NCBI GenBank assembly: GCA_016748015.1
Contig: JAAOMT010000009.1
Location: forward strand, 1,737,924-1,801,923
From: Geosiphon pyriformis uo1
Lineage: Eukaryota; Fungi; Glomeromycota
Reading direction: 5' to 3'
Length of the DNA stretch: 64,000 nucleotides
The notes beneath the pieces were generated by a model. That model was given only the letters and a program-made list of their open reading frames with translations, had not been told where the DNA came from and did not search any database. The position numbers and the translations under genes are program-made. Position 1 is the first letter of the stretch; each line of letters starts with the position of its first letter. Below are positions 13,765-26,000 of the stretch, piece by piece.

Positions 13765-16700
13765 ATGGTCTTATTTGGAAAATTGCTACTTGTAACATTA
13801 GGGGCATGAACAATCCTGTGAAACAAGATAATATTGTTTGTTAGCATAGAAAGATGGACAATTTGATTATGATTGTTACTGAAACTAAACTGAAAGATAA
13901 GATCCGACCATGGATCATGAACAAGTTTGATGGTGTTCAAGTTTTCACTTTGAGTATGGATGCTGGTCACTTGGGTTCTGGTGTTGTGATTATTATGAAC
14001 AATTCTTTGGCTCAGCACATGTGTAAGGTTTTGGATGTTCCTGACCAGCTTCTTTCTATCAAGTTACTCTTCAAAAATAAACTTTTTGTGTCAATTTTGG
14101 GGCTATAAGCTGGGGCATCTCTGGCAGTATGTTTTTCTCAGGTGAGTAATATTAATTCTATGATTGCGAAGGCTGTAAATGAATCTTCTTTCACTATATT
14201 AGGTGGAGATTTCAATAAAGATAGCTCTTACAAGTGTGCTAGCTTCAAAAAATGTTTTGATCTTGGTTTGGTCAATTCTTTGGATGGGAGTGCGTCTGGG
14301 AAGGAAGCAACATAGAACAATTTTTGAGGTGTTTCTAAGACTATTGACTATGTATTTGTATCTTCAAGTCTGATTAATGTGATATTGGATCACAGAGTGA
14401 TCGATATTGGTGATTATTTTGATACTAATCATAGGGCTGTTTCTGTTTCTGTGGGTGTTGATGGTCTTTTGGATACACACTTGTTCTCACTATGCAAGCA
14501 AGTGAATAAAGATCATTGGAAGTACAATTACAAGGGTGCTGATGATGCTAAATGGATTGGGTTTAGGGAAAAAACAGTGGTAAATGCTGCCATGTTTAGT
14601 GATGGGTTCTCTGTTGCTGTAGAAAATTTGGATTTGGATGCTATGTGGTATGCTCTTTGTCAGATGATGTGTTTGTTAGCCAAGTCTGTCTTCAAGAAAA
14701 AATGGTTCAAGGACTATGATGAAGTCTTCAATAAGGTGTCTTCCAAATTTCACAAATTGGAACTTTTGGTATCAAAGATTGTTAAGGCCTTTTGTCTGGT
14801 TGCTTACAAGGAATTTGTGTCTTTGCTTGATGTGTGGGATGGTCTTGACTCTGCCAATGTCTCTGTCATAAAGTCTCTGTTTTTCTCAGGTTCTCATTTT
14901 GATACCATTCATTCAACCTTGGCCAAGATTAGGAAATCATATTGTTCTTCTAAACTCTCAAAATCAAGCCATGCTTGAGAGTCTCAGATTAAATTGACAA
15001 TTAACAAGAGGATGAAAAGCTTTGAATTAGACAAAAGCCATACTATTTGGAGTGTTTTGGAGCATCCTTTCTGCAAGGTTGTTTTGGATCATTTAGTGGT
15101 AGATGATGAGCTGATTTTGGAACCAGCTCCAATGAAGTCTAAAGTGGATGAGATCATGGAGGGCTGGACTAGAAAGCATAGGGTGGTTCTTAATGTTCCT
15201 GACGACTGGTTTCGACAGTATTAATCTTTGAATTATGTGTATGATGATGCTTTTTCTGGCATGATGGGCTTGATTGATTATAATGAATTGGTTAGGGTTG
15301 TCTCTGACTTGTCCAATAGCAAAGCTGTTGGTCTTTCAAGTATTTCAAATAAATTATAGAAACATTGTGACATTTTAGTTCTCAATATGCTTTTGGTGCT
15401 TTTGAATTCTTGCTTGTTTGTTGAATCTGTGCCTAGTCTTTGGAAGGAGGCTTGGGTCTTGATGATTCCCAAGCCTTATAAGTGGGAAGATGTTCTGACA
15501 AACACTCATCTTATTGTCTTGATCAAAACAGCTTGCAAGATTCTCTCCAAGATTCTTTCGGATAGGATTTCACTGGCTTATAGTACTCATGATGTTCTAC
15601 ATAGTGACAACTTTTCAGTTTTAAAAGGTACAACAACTCAGTCTCCTATTTTTGTGATTGGCTCAGTAATTGAGGATGCTTTGGAGAAAGACCGAGAACT
15701 CTGGCTTGTTCTACAAGACATGCGGAAAGCATATAATTTGGTTGGCTGGAAGCATTTTGAGAAGTGCCTTTTGTGGATCAAGATGTGTGGTAAATTTGTT
15801 TGTTTTTTTGGTAGTATTTACAAGGACTGAACCAACTGAGTTATGACAGATTTTGGTTTGACCAATGGTTATCGGGTGCACGATGGACTGGACTAAGGTG
15901 AAGCTTTTTTCCCTCTTCTGTGGCACATATTTTATGATCCTTTTTTGTGTGAAGTCAAGTGCCAAGAGAGTGTGTGTGAATACAGATTTATTTCTTATTT
16001 TGTTTCTGGGAGTAATCACACTGAGTCTCAGGTTGGGCTTTCCTCTTTTTTCACTGCTGGTGCTTTTGTAAATGATATCATTTGGGTAGGTAGCAGCCAG
16101 GCTGCTACACAACATATTCTCAATGTTGCTAGTGAATTTTTCAGGTTAAATGACATTTCAATCAACAATGATAAAACCATGGCCATCTCTATCAACTGCC
16201 AGATTGCTACATCTTTTTTGACTATTAGTGGCTTGCCTATTTCCATCACCAAAAAAAGAGAACATCATTGCTATCTGGGTATTTTTTTGTCTTTTGAAGG
16301 TCTTTTAAAGTCTAGCTTAGCTAAAGCTCAGTCAAATGTACAGTTTTTTGTGAATCTGGTTTTAAAGAAGGCAATATCAGACAAATAGTATGTGTATTTG
16401 GTATCTGTGATTCTTTTTTCTATTATCAGCTACAAAACTCAGTTCAGTTTTGTTCTTTTTTGTGTCTGTAATAAATGGAATGCTCTTATATGCAAGGTTT
16501 TGAAGTCAAAGTCTGGGGTACCACATGACTTTTTCAATAATGCACTTCATCATTCCTCTTTGTACAATTTAAAAACTTTTGAACAGATTCAAGCTGAAGA
16601 CAAATCAACTTCCATTGTTGCTTTTGTGAATTCCATTGGTGTTTTGGGTCGCTTATTTTCTCATAGGTCTCATGATCTTCAGGTTTTTAGCTGGTGGCCT

Positions 16701-18448
16701 CGTCATCCTTTGCTGTTTCTGGCTTGTATTGGTATTAGCCCCTCAAATAATTTTTTGGCAGGTGTGGTTCACATTTTTTCTGGGTGTGATTTATCTTTAA
16801 GTGGCTCTCTGGTGTGTGCATTCTACCATTGGGGTGGTACTTCTATGTTTTTTGTTCTTGGTGAACTCTTTTTTTCAAATATGTCTCTTCATTCAGACAT
16901 TATGGAATTGCTTTTGTGGAACAGCTTTGCGATCATAATGATAATATTTTCAATTGGAGTATCTTCAAGCATTAGAAGAGACTGGATCTTCATGGTTCAG
17001 TCCTCTTTTAGTTTGATTTTTCTATTTGCTTTTTTGGTGGTGTTGCTTCCCCTTCTGTCAATCTTTTGGTTTTGAATAGTCGAGCTAATTCTGATGTTTG
17101 TCAATCTCATGGTTTTAGTATGGGTTGTAACACTCTGCTGACAGTTGATGCTACTCACCTTTCTGTGTATACGGATGGGTCTCTGTGTGGTCTGGGCACT
17201 GTTGACATGAAAGCAAGTGCTGCTGTTTTTTTTAAAGACATTAACATGGGTTTAGATGTAGGGGTGTCTGGTCTGGTTTCTTCTACTTTGACAGAGTTAC
17301 AAGCCATTGCTTTGGCTCTTGAGTGTGTTTCTTCTTCTTATTCAGTTGATTTGTTCTCTGACAGCCAAGCAGCTTTGAATGCATGCATGTTAGAGTCTTT
17401 GCTGGTTTATCTGGAGTTTAGGAACCATTGCTGGATCAAGCATTGTTATATTGTTAATGTTATTCATCAAAAAAATTTGGATGTAAATTGGATTAAGGTT
17501 AAGGGTCATTCGGGTATCTTAGGCAATAAGCATGCTGATGTACTTGCCAAGGATGCAGCTGCCTCCACCTGGCACCTGCCTCATTTGGTCAGTGAATATT
17601 TTCTGAATGCTAATAGTATCATGGTTTCTGGAAATTCTAGACACTTTGTATGTAATGTTTTCTGTTTTGTTTATCATGCTTGATGGAAAGTTGGGTTTGG
17701 ATCTTGGGTCATGGCGGATGGTTTGCATGCTAATATTGATTGGTTCAAGTTCTTTCTGGTATGGCACCCCAATTCTCATTTGGCTGCTGGTTTTACTAGT
17801 ATGCATATGGCTGGCTCTTAAATATACTTTATGAAAGCCCTCTATTATCAGCTTCTGGTTGCTGTGTGCAAGCATTTGTATAATAGAGGTTACTCCAGTG
17901 TGGTGTGTTTATACTGTGGTAATGTTGAGGTCTCAGACCATGTCTTTTTTTATCCTCATAACTCTGCTGTTTATGCTCATTTGTTGAACTTTCATGCTTT
18001 AACTTGGGAGGCTCTTTCTGGTTTGTCTCACTCTTCTTCATGTGTTTCATAGTTGTTAGCCTCTTGTGTCTCTGAGATAGGAGTTGGCATTGCTCTGTGT
18101 AAGAGCTTTGTTTTTCATGACTGGTGTTATGAATCTGTCTTGGTTTTTAATGATCCTAAGATTGGGACTAAAAAAATTGTGAATTTTGTGCATGACTTTT
18201 GTTTCACATTTCAGGAGAATGTTTGGTTGGTCCATGCCAAACATCAGGCCTTTATAGAAAAGTGTGGTTTGATTTCTTGTAACAGTTTTGCTCTCATGCC
18301 AATTTCTGGTTTGCCTATGAGATTCTCGGCTGGTGTGGTTAGATTGCTAGGTATGGCTGAAGCTTTTGGGGTTAGTTTTGGGTTTCATAAGTTTTGTTCA
18401 TTCTTTTCAGGCGTTGAGGATTTGGTCTCTGTGCATATAGGCATGTAG
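13761..18448 (+). pseudogene. LINE-b ORF2 (APE-RT-RNase H-Zn finger)
   Basis: TETKL, DMRKAY, AFV(N)D, VYTDGS, TELQAI, SDSQAA, WIKVKGHSGILGNKHAD, CLYCGNVEVSDHVF. Confidence 0.92.
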
Positions 18449-18588
18449 TGTTGTTCTGACTGGTCTGAGTGGCTGGTCACATGTAGAAAGTGCATGATTC
18501 ACTCTTAGTTTAGATCATTTAAATGATGTATAATACTAGATTGCGTTTGGACCTCATTTGTTAAAAAATTAAAAAAAAAGTATGGCTT

Positions 18589-19877
18589 TAGTTTTTGGTT
18601 ATTTAATAAGATAATTTATGACAATAGCAATATATTAATTGTTTTTAGTTATTATTAATAATAGTCTTACTAAGTTAATTTTAATTTTATTAAATAGTTG
18701 TTTAACTTTAATTGGTTTTAATAATTTACTTGGTTTTATTTCTTTTTTTTTAACAAATATTACAGCTTTATATGTATTGTTTTATGTTTAAATATATTGT
18801 TAGTCAATAGTATAATTGCTTGATTTTTTTTAATCTTAATTCTCAATCAAAATGTTTTGTTGTTAAATCTGAATATATATTGAACAATATTGTTTTTTTT
18901 TTGTTTTTTTATTACTTTTAATAAATTGTTTAAATTTTGTTAGTTTTTTTTATATAATATATTTTAGTGATTAATATAATATCTGACTTGTTAATAAATT
19001 TTGTTTTGTTTATTTAAAATAATTTCTTCTTAAACTGTTTAGTAATAATATAATAAACTAATTATTAATAGTTTTTATTATTTATTTTGTTATTTTATTG
19101 TTGTTTTTATTTTTATAGTTGTCTTATTTATAACAAACTATTAGCATTTTTTTTATAGTGTATTTTATATTTAAAAAGTAAAAACTAGTTTTTTATTTAG
19201 TAGTTTTGTTATTAGCTAGTTTTTTTTAACTAATGATATTAATTTTTTATAATTAATATAAATATTAAATTCTTAATATAAATATTTTTTTTATTTAATT
19301 ACAGTTCAATATATTGTTAAGTATTTAGTATTAAAATTCTGTAGTTTTTTTCTGTTAAACTTAAATTTCTGCTAGTATATACTATTGAATATTTTTTTTT
19401 ATGTAAACTTCTTTATAATAATACTGCTTCTAATGTTGATCTAAAAGCATCAGTAATAATTATAAATTTTTTATTATAATTTAAATATATTAGAATTAGA
19501 ACTTATATAAGTTTTTGTTTTAATATCTTAAAAGTTTGCTGTTGTATATTTGTTTACTTTTATTAAGTATTTTTGGCTTGAAATTAATAGAACAGTTGTA
19601 TAATTATTAAAAAATTTTGTATAAATTACTGATAATATTTAATTAATTTCTTAAAACAATTAGCTATTATAAATTAATTCAATAAAATTTATCTTAAAAA
19701 TTTAAATTCTTAATTAATATTGTTTTAAAATTATTAAATCAAAATTAATATTTTAAAATTAATTAAATTTCAATTTTAATAATTATTAATATTTAGATTT
19801 AAGCTAAAAATAATATTTTTAATATAATTTATTATCTTTTTTTTATTTATTTTTATTTATTTATTTATTATTATTAT
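18589..19877 (-). mobile_element. Relict Gypsy pol (RT end / RNase H), host of the LINE-b and ORF1-only insertions
   Basis: Minus strand at ~19420-19470 translates FIIITDAFRSTLEAVL and at ~19335-19385 IVYTSRNLSLTEKNY, matching Gypsy RNase H. Confidence 0.7.
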
Positions 19878-19906
19878 ATAATCTATATCTTTGTCTTTTT
19901 AATTTT

Positions 19907-21363
19907 ATGACCATGACCAGAGCAAAGAGTAAAAAAAAAGCTGTACTTGATATCTGTCCTGAAATATCTAATAAAATTTCAACCAGAGGAGCTCTCTCTG
20001 TTGTAGAAGCAACTAGACAAAACATTTTAGAAGCCTTTCCCTTATTCAGTAATCATAATAAGCTGCCTTTAGTAGCCACTGAAGCAACTTCCTTATCTTT
20101 GGCTGGTTTTTCACCAGTCAAAGTTCCCTCAAAGAGACACACTTGGGTTAGTCCCAGTGTTGTCTCCACCCCAACTAAAAGCCCTTAAGTTTTTAATAAT
20201 AGACCAGTAAATAAGCTGGTCTTCCCCTCTATAAATTTAAAATCTGGTGTTTTTAGCACCACCTCTTCAAAAAAAATGGTCAAAAAAACCAAAAGTTCAG
20301 AAAAGTGGGAGCAGTTGCTTGTCTCTGCTATTGTTACACTGAACTCCTTTGTGGTTCCCAATGAGATCTTAGATGAGATCTCCTTAGCATCATCCAGCAC
20401 ATTATTCAAAATGGGCTTAGATCAACCACTGGCTGTGTTGTCAAATGTGGTGTTTTTTGGTAGATTTTCACTGGTTTTAGAAGCAAAACAATCTTCTCCT
20501 GTTGGATTACCTGTTCTTAAGAACTGAACTGATCATATGGAAACTGAATCATCTTCTTCTTTAATTTCTGGTGCTCCTTCTGGTGGTGCTTGGGAAACTA
20601 TTACTAGTCATCAAAAGTTTGCTGGGTGGGTGGCCTCTACTCTGGTGCCTGGTGCTACTTTCAAGATTAAATTGGCTTATATTAAGGCTGTTTTTCAGTC
20701 TGTACATGGTTTTTTAGGTGCTAAATCTGTTTCTAAAGACAATGTGAAGCTTTTTTGTGTAGAGTTGCTTCTTAACAGTCTTTGAAAACTGCATTTCTGG
20801 TTGAGCTTATAAGCTTTATTTGTTTGGCCACCCTCAAAATTGCCAAGTCTTTGGTAATTTCTGAGTCTGGTTCTCTTTTTGCTGCTGTTGTGCTGTGTGA
20901 TATGCCCTTGGGTATATCTATTGCTGACATTAAAACAGCTCTTGGTACATTTAGAAGTGTCACTTGTGTTGTGCTAAAGCCTGCTGGCATTTGGCAGTAT
21001 GTGGTGATTTATTTTGAAAAGTTGGACTCTACTGTGTCTGCTTTGAATCATTGGTCAGTTTTGGTGAGCAAGGATAGTGTTAGAATTCTCTCTCTGGTGA
21101 ATTAACAAGAAACAATTGTATCTTGTGATAGGTTTAAGGCCAAGTTGGTCAACCTTCTTCCTGGCTGTACTGTCTTTAAGATTAGTGATATAATTTCCCA
21201 GGTTGGTGGCTGGACTTGTTTTATTCCTCGTTCATCTGATTCTGGTCATCATTCCCAGTTTGCTTTGGTTAAATTTGGTTCCCAAGTTGATTTGGACTCT
21301 GCAGTTGTCAAAACTGGTACCTTAAGAAAATGCCGTATTTGGTAGGAAACCCCTGGTTGTCGG
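19907..21363 (+). pseudogene. ORF1-like protein, 5' part (S/P-rich N-terminus, RRM-like domains)
   Basis: DMPLGISIADIKTALGTF..WQYVVIYF..WSVLVSKDSVRI parallels LINE ORF1 (WQKAVIEF..WFVLVGKNSV); one frameshift near 20770. Confidence 0.8.
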
Positions 21364-21416
21364 TGTTATCCGAGTAGAAAAATCAATCCAAAATTATGAA
21401 GAAATGTGACCAAAAC

Positions 21417-21610
21417 ATAACATAACACAGAATAACACACAATAACGTTGGATAACACGTTATAATGTTGGATAATGTGTTATAATGCAGGATAACACAA
21501 AATAGCATGCAATAATATAGGATAATGTGTTATAACACAGGATAACACAGAATAACATGTAATAATGTCAGATAACATGTTATAACATAGGATAACTAGT
21601 GATAACATAG
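21417..21610 (+). repeat. ~19-20 x 10-bp ATAACnnnnn tandem array in LTR-A (also 31110-31300)
   Basis: ataacacaga ataacacaca ataacgttgg ataacacgtt ... in strict 10-bp phase. Confidence 0.9.
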
Positions 21611-21963
21611 AAAAACGAAGCAATAATAGAAACAACAAAGCAATAGCTAGCGATAGCAAGACAATTAAAAGCAATCCTGTAAAACCAAAAGAATGTATAA
21701 AAGCAAGTAGTTGTAGAAGTGAGAAAAGACAGAGAAGAAAAAAATAGATATGAACCTCTAGACCAGAAATTAAAATATCCATACCCCTTTATCCTTTATT
21801 ATCTTCACTATTTCATCTCCTAAAATAAACCAATTATTAAAAGAAATCAGAATCATGAATTCATGTTCTCGAACTTCATGAAATTTACGTGAATTAACCC
21901 TTGTCTCATATCTCCATTCTAGAACAGATGCTCTTAGCATAACCATCTCGAACCTATTAACAA

Positions 21964-22543
21964 TGTTACAGTTTAAGAATTTAGAAAAAAGAATCATAAA
22001 AATAATACAAACTATTCAATCATAATATAACACAGTAATAATCTTAGAAAGGTAATGATTAACATAGTAGCAAACACCATCTCGCGATAGTGGCAAGCAC
22101 CAGTTCACAATAGCAGCCAACACCAACTGGTAATAGCAGCAAACACCAGATTGAAATATCAAAAAGAAAGTATTTTCTCGTAGAACTACAAACATGTATA
22201 TATATAGTAGTTTTAATATTGGGAAATAATCAATCAAGTAATAAAAATCATAACTTATCAAGCAATAGATCCAATTTTATCCAACAAACTCCACTTTAAA
22301 TCATACTTTCAAATTAAATATCCCAAGAAACCTTTAAAATCAAAAAGAAATGAAAAAGAATATTTAAAACTGAACTATCACAACCCAAAGTATTAAGAAA
22401 CTTACTTATATTATTTATTGAATGAAACTATCATTCATCAACTGAATCCCTTGGAAGAATAATCCTTGATCAAGCTTATTCACGTTGTTACTAATTGATA
22501 AAAGCTTTATTGTGAGAATTAGAAAAGTGCTAAAGACCATTAA
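21964..22543 (+). mobile_element. Probable start of a third LTR family inserted into the Gypsy-A 5' LTR; truncated by the gap
   Basis: Absent from the 3' LTR; begins TGTTACAG at the point where LTR-LTR identity stops. Confidence 0.55.
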
Positions 22544-22563
22544 NNNNNNNNNNNNNNNNNNNN
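22544..22563. other. Assembly gap (20 N)
   Basis: N run. Confidence 1.
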
Positions 22564-22999
22564 TTTTTTTTTTTTTTTTTTTTTTTTTTTTCTTTTTCTG
22601 TTTTATTTTTTGTGGAGCAGCAACATAGTAAAATCGACTGTCTGGGAATAGACTTTGTGATAGCCTGGTAAAAGAGGGAAGCTCCCCCTAAGTTTTGGAT
22701 ATTAACATTATCTTATTAGCTTACCAGAAGGGCGAAAAGACAATGCCAGACCCTAACAACTGTGCTCGTTAGTTCAGAGAAGAAAGCTCACATTTACAAA
22801 AAACATTGCAATCGATGAAAGACAAACTCTGTGCCTTATAACCAAAGAACTTAACGGGTAAAATTCACATCCAGGAATAGACCTTTAGAGACTGATAATT
22901 AAGACTAAGCCAACAGAATTACGTGGAAGATACATCATCAATAATTGAGAGCACCAAACATTATCATTTCCCATACTCATCAAGTTTACCCATAACATT

Positions 23000-23015
23000 T
23001 GGTGCTCCCTGTGAG
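23000..23015 (+). promoter_or_regulatory. Primer-binding site TGGTGCTCCCTGTGAG (resembles the complement of an elongator tRNA-Met 3' end)
   Basis: TGG 2 nt after the LTR end. The tRNA identity is inferred and not checked against this genome's tRNAs. Confidence 0.7.
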
Positions 23016-23059
23016 ATTATAAATCCACAGAGACAAAGCACCCCCAAAAATACATAAAA

Positions 23060-26000
23060 GTGGCAACTATTGAAACAATAGGAAAGGACCACTCCTCGTA
23101 TGGAAAAGCACTATTTCAATACTTTCGAAAAGACCTAGGAATACCAGCAAGAACCGCTTACGCAGAAAGTGATTTTTGTAACTATATCAATGCAAAAATT
23201 GACTGCTTGTTAGGCCGCACAACTGATACAAGAAGACTTGGAGAACAAATCCATCAAAGCTTATTAGGGTACTCAACAGCCATGATTACTCGAGCAATCG
23301 CTGAAACTCTGCACATAATTGATACAGACATTAAATATTACGTGGCACAACAATTCTCTCAAGTACAACAACCAGTGGAATCTGACCCTAAGGAATACGA
23401 AAACAAATTCAACAACCCCATAACTGCCCAAGCCAAGTTCACAGTCAACAAGAAACCAAGAGTCCTCTCCCCAACAACTCTATCATATCATCAGACACCC
23501 CAAAGTAGAATTGTATTCAACCCACCCCCAGAAACTCAGTCAGAAACACCACAAACTCCTAGAAATCCACACCCTTGAAATCAACACAGTTGGACCAAAT
23601 CACTAGGAGAATATGGATTGCTGTTTGGAAATCTTACCCCAGCAGCTGGTCAAACAGAAGAAAACCCGTCAACTTGGGAACAGCCATCAGCACAAAACCT
23701 AGCAGAATTAGCATCTCCCCTGACGGAAAAAACAGCTATCTTACAACCTATTGGTTCAAGCAACAAAGGAAAGCAATCAGCATTAGCACCCGGAGAACAC
23801 TTGAATACGCAGACACCAATTCCTTTAAACATAACCAGTAACACCCCACCCATTAACCGGATCATGGCTTACCAGGATATCGCTAAATTGAAAAAATTTT
23901 CTGGTAAAGAAGATAATGCATATTCTTAGATCGCGGACGCCGAGAAAGCAATTACCGCTAATGGTTGGAACAACAACCGCACAGTTCAGGCACTGCCATT
24001 CTTTTTGACCGGAACCGCCAATTTGTGGTACCAAAGCCTGGCAGAGAAGCCTACCTCCTTTACCGAGTTTAAACTCGCATTTTTACAATACTTCTGTGAC
24101 CCCAATATGTTAATCCGATTGCAGAATCAATTGAGCATAATTAAACAAAAAGATTATGAAGCAGTAACTACTTATTTCAGATGATTCAATCAAATCTTGT
24201 GTCAAATATTAGCTATCGAAAGAGACTACTACACCATGGTGCAAGTTCTTAATCAATTCATTAAAAGATTGTGGAATAGTATTCTAAGATCCATAAAACT
24301 CTGCCATCTGACCAGTTTACAAGACACCATTACTCTCGCTCGCGATTTTGAGTCTGCAGAACAAGAAGTGAATCATATCCAAGCCATTAATTTAGCCATT
24401 AATAGAACCTCTAACATCAACGCAAAGATAACCCAATTGAGTGAAAAACTAACTCAGAAAATTAAGGGATTTTTAGCCGGAACTACAGAAACTTACCAAC
24501 CACCCCAACAGAAAGAAAATAATAACAACAACAGATACCCACAGCAACAGAACCATCAGCAACAGCAACAACCTTGGAGATCTGATCTCCACAACTGCTA
24601 CTACTGCCAGAAACCTGAACACATCGCCCATGACTGCAGAAGGAAGATCATGGACCAAAATCAAGGAAACCCATACCAGCAACCCAGATATCAGCAAAAC
24701 ATGGTACCCCAATATTCCATACCTCAAAATCAACCGTCCCTATATGCACAACAAGTTCCATACACTCAACTACTGCTCCAGAATTATTATCAACCACCAC
24801 CAATAACACAAGCAATCTCTCACTATCAAACTTCCCCTTACAGCCCATTCAGACCTCAAGCTATAGACTATAATCAGGGATGGAGGAATCCCAACAACAA
24901 TCAGGTACAAACCAACAGTAGACTGTCTCGACCAATCCCTCGCAGTCCTGCCCAATCTCGACCAACACCAACTGGATACCTGAATCAAGCTTTTTATTTC
25001 GGTCTTATGGAAAACCAAGGTTTTGATAAATCTACACCTGTGGAAGGGGGGGATATAGAACAAATCTCTTAATCTTCCAAGCAAACAAAAAGCAATATTT
25101 CACCAGCCACTATTACCAAAGACATCACCCTAGCCGCCATATTTTCTTTTAAAATCGATAATTTGAACACACATAGCCTTTTTAGTGGAGCAGCCATCAA
25201 TCAAGATAAATCAATAATGGCCCTATACACCGATGCCAGAGTTAGAAAAATAGACATTAAATTAATCCTGGATAGCGGATCAGCTGGTAGCATAATCACA
25301 AAGCAGCTCATAGACCAACTAAGTCACTGAGTAGACCATGCTGCTACCACCCGGATCATTACAGCGGATGGGAACACAAAAACTCCGATAGGAGAAATTG
25401 ACAACTTCCCCTTCGAGATTAATGGAATTCAAATTTCTACCAAAGTACTTGTCATAGAAGCTATTTAATATCAAGCTCTAGTAGGAAACAACTGGTTGTC
25501 AAAAGCCAACGCTACTTTCGACTAGAACACCCAAAAACTTCAACTCACATTCAACGGACAGCATGCCCAAGTCCCAGCTACGTGCGGACACTTTAAAAAC
25601 CAATGTACTGAGGAATCTCTTATTGAATTCGAAGACACATTAATGCCACCAATCATCAAGACCTATCAGGTTTCATGGGTGGATGATTATCAAACTGAAC
25701 TACCTCCACCACCAACTTGGGAAGAAAAAGGAAAAGGCAGAGCCGAAAAAAAACCCCAATTGTCATCACTAGGATACATAACCTCAGACCAAAGAAACTT
25801 ATTTTACCAACCCCCAAGACTAATATGTATCAATTGTGCGAAAAAACTATCCACTATGGATGCATGTATCAGGAACAACAAAGAATGGCCCACTGCCACC
25901 AAATACTATTGCAGGCTTTGTTTACTGGAAAGATTTGGATGACCAAAATAACAAGGCAAGTGGAACCACATGCTGTGCTTCGCATGTGGCAAAATCCTGC

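Larger units (their letters stand above)
11818..18579 (+). mobile_element. Full-length LINE-b, inactivated
   Basis: ORF1 + ORF2, poly(A), 9-bp TSD GTATGGCTT at 11809-11817 and 18580-18588. Confidence 0.93.
21364..22997 (+). repeat. Gypsy-A 5' LTR (interrupted by foreign sequence and an N gap)
   Basis: Direct repeat of 31052-32149. Confidence 0.93.

Noticed and set aside
3224-18448. Alternative genetic code or stop readthrough explaining the in-frame stops
   Set aside because: Stops fall at different positions in each copy and replace W, Q or R via transitions; host genes use the standard code.
18449-18579. Hammerhead or hairpin ribozyme in the LINE tail (ctga..gaaa words)
   Set aside because: No CUGANGA core, and the hairpin loop-B motifs are incomplete; kept only as structured RNA.
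21417-21610. CRISPR-like array
   Set aside because: 10-bp contiguous units without unique spacers, inside a eukaryotic LTR, and no cas genes.
21480-21782. Hydrophobic minus-strand ORF duplicated at 31168-31470 (and 40299/48722 in LTR-B)
   Set aside because: The duplication is just LTR identity, and the composition follows from the A-rich strand and tandem array. No coding evidence.
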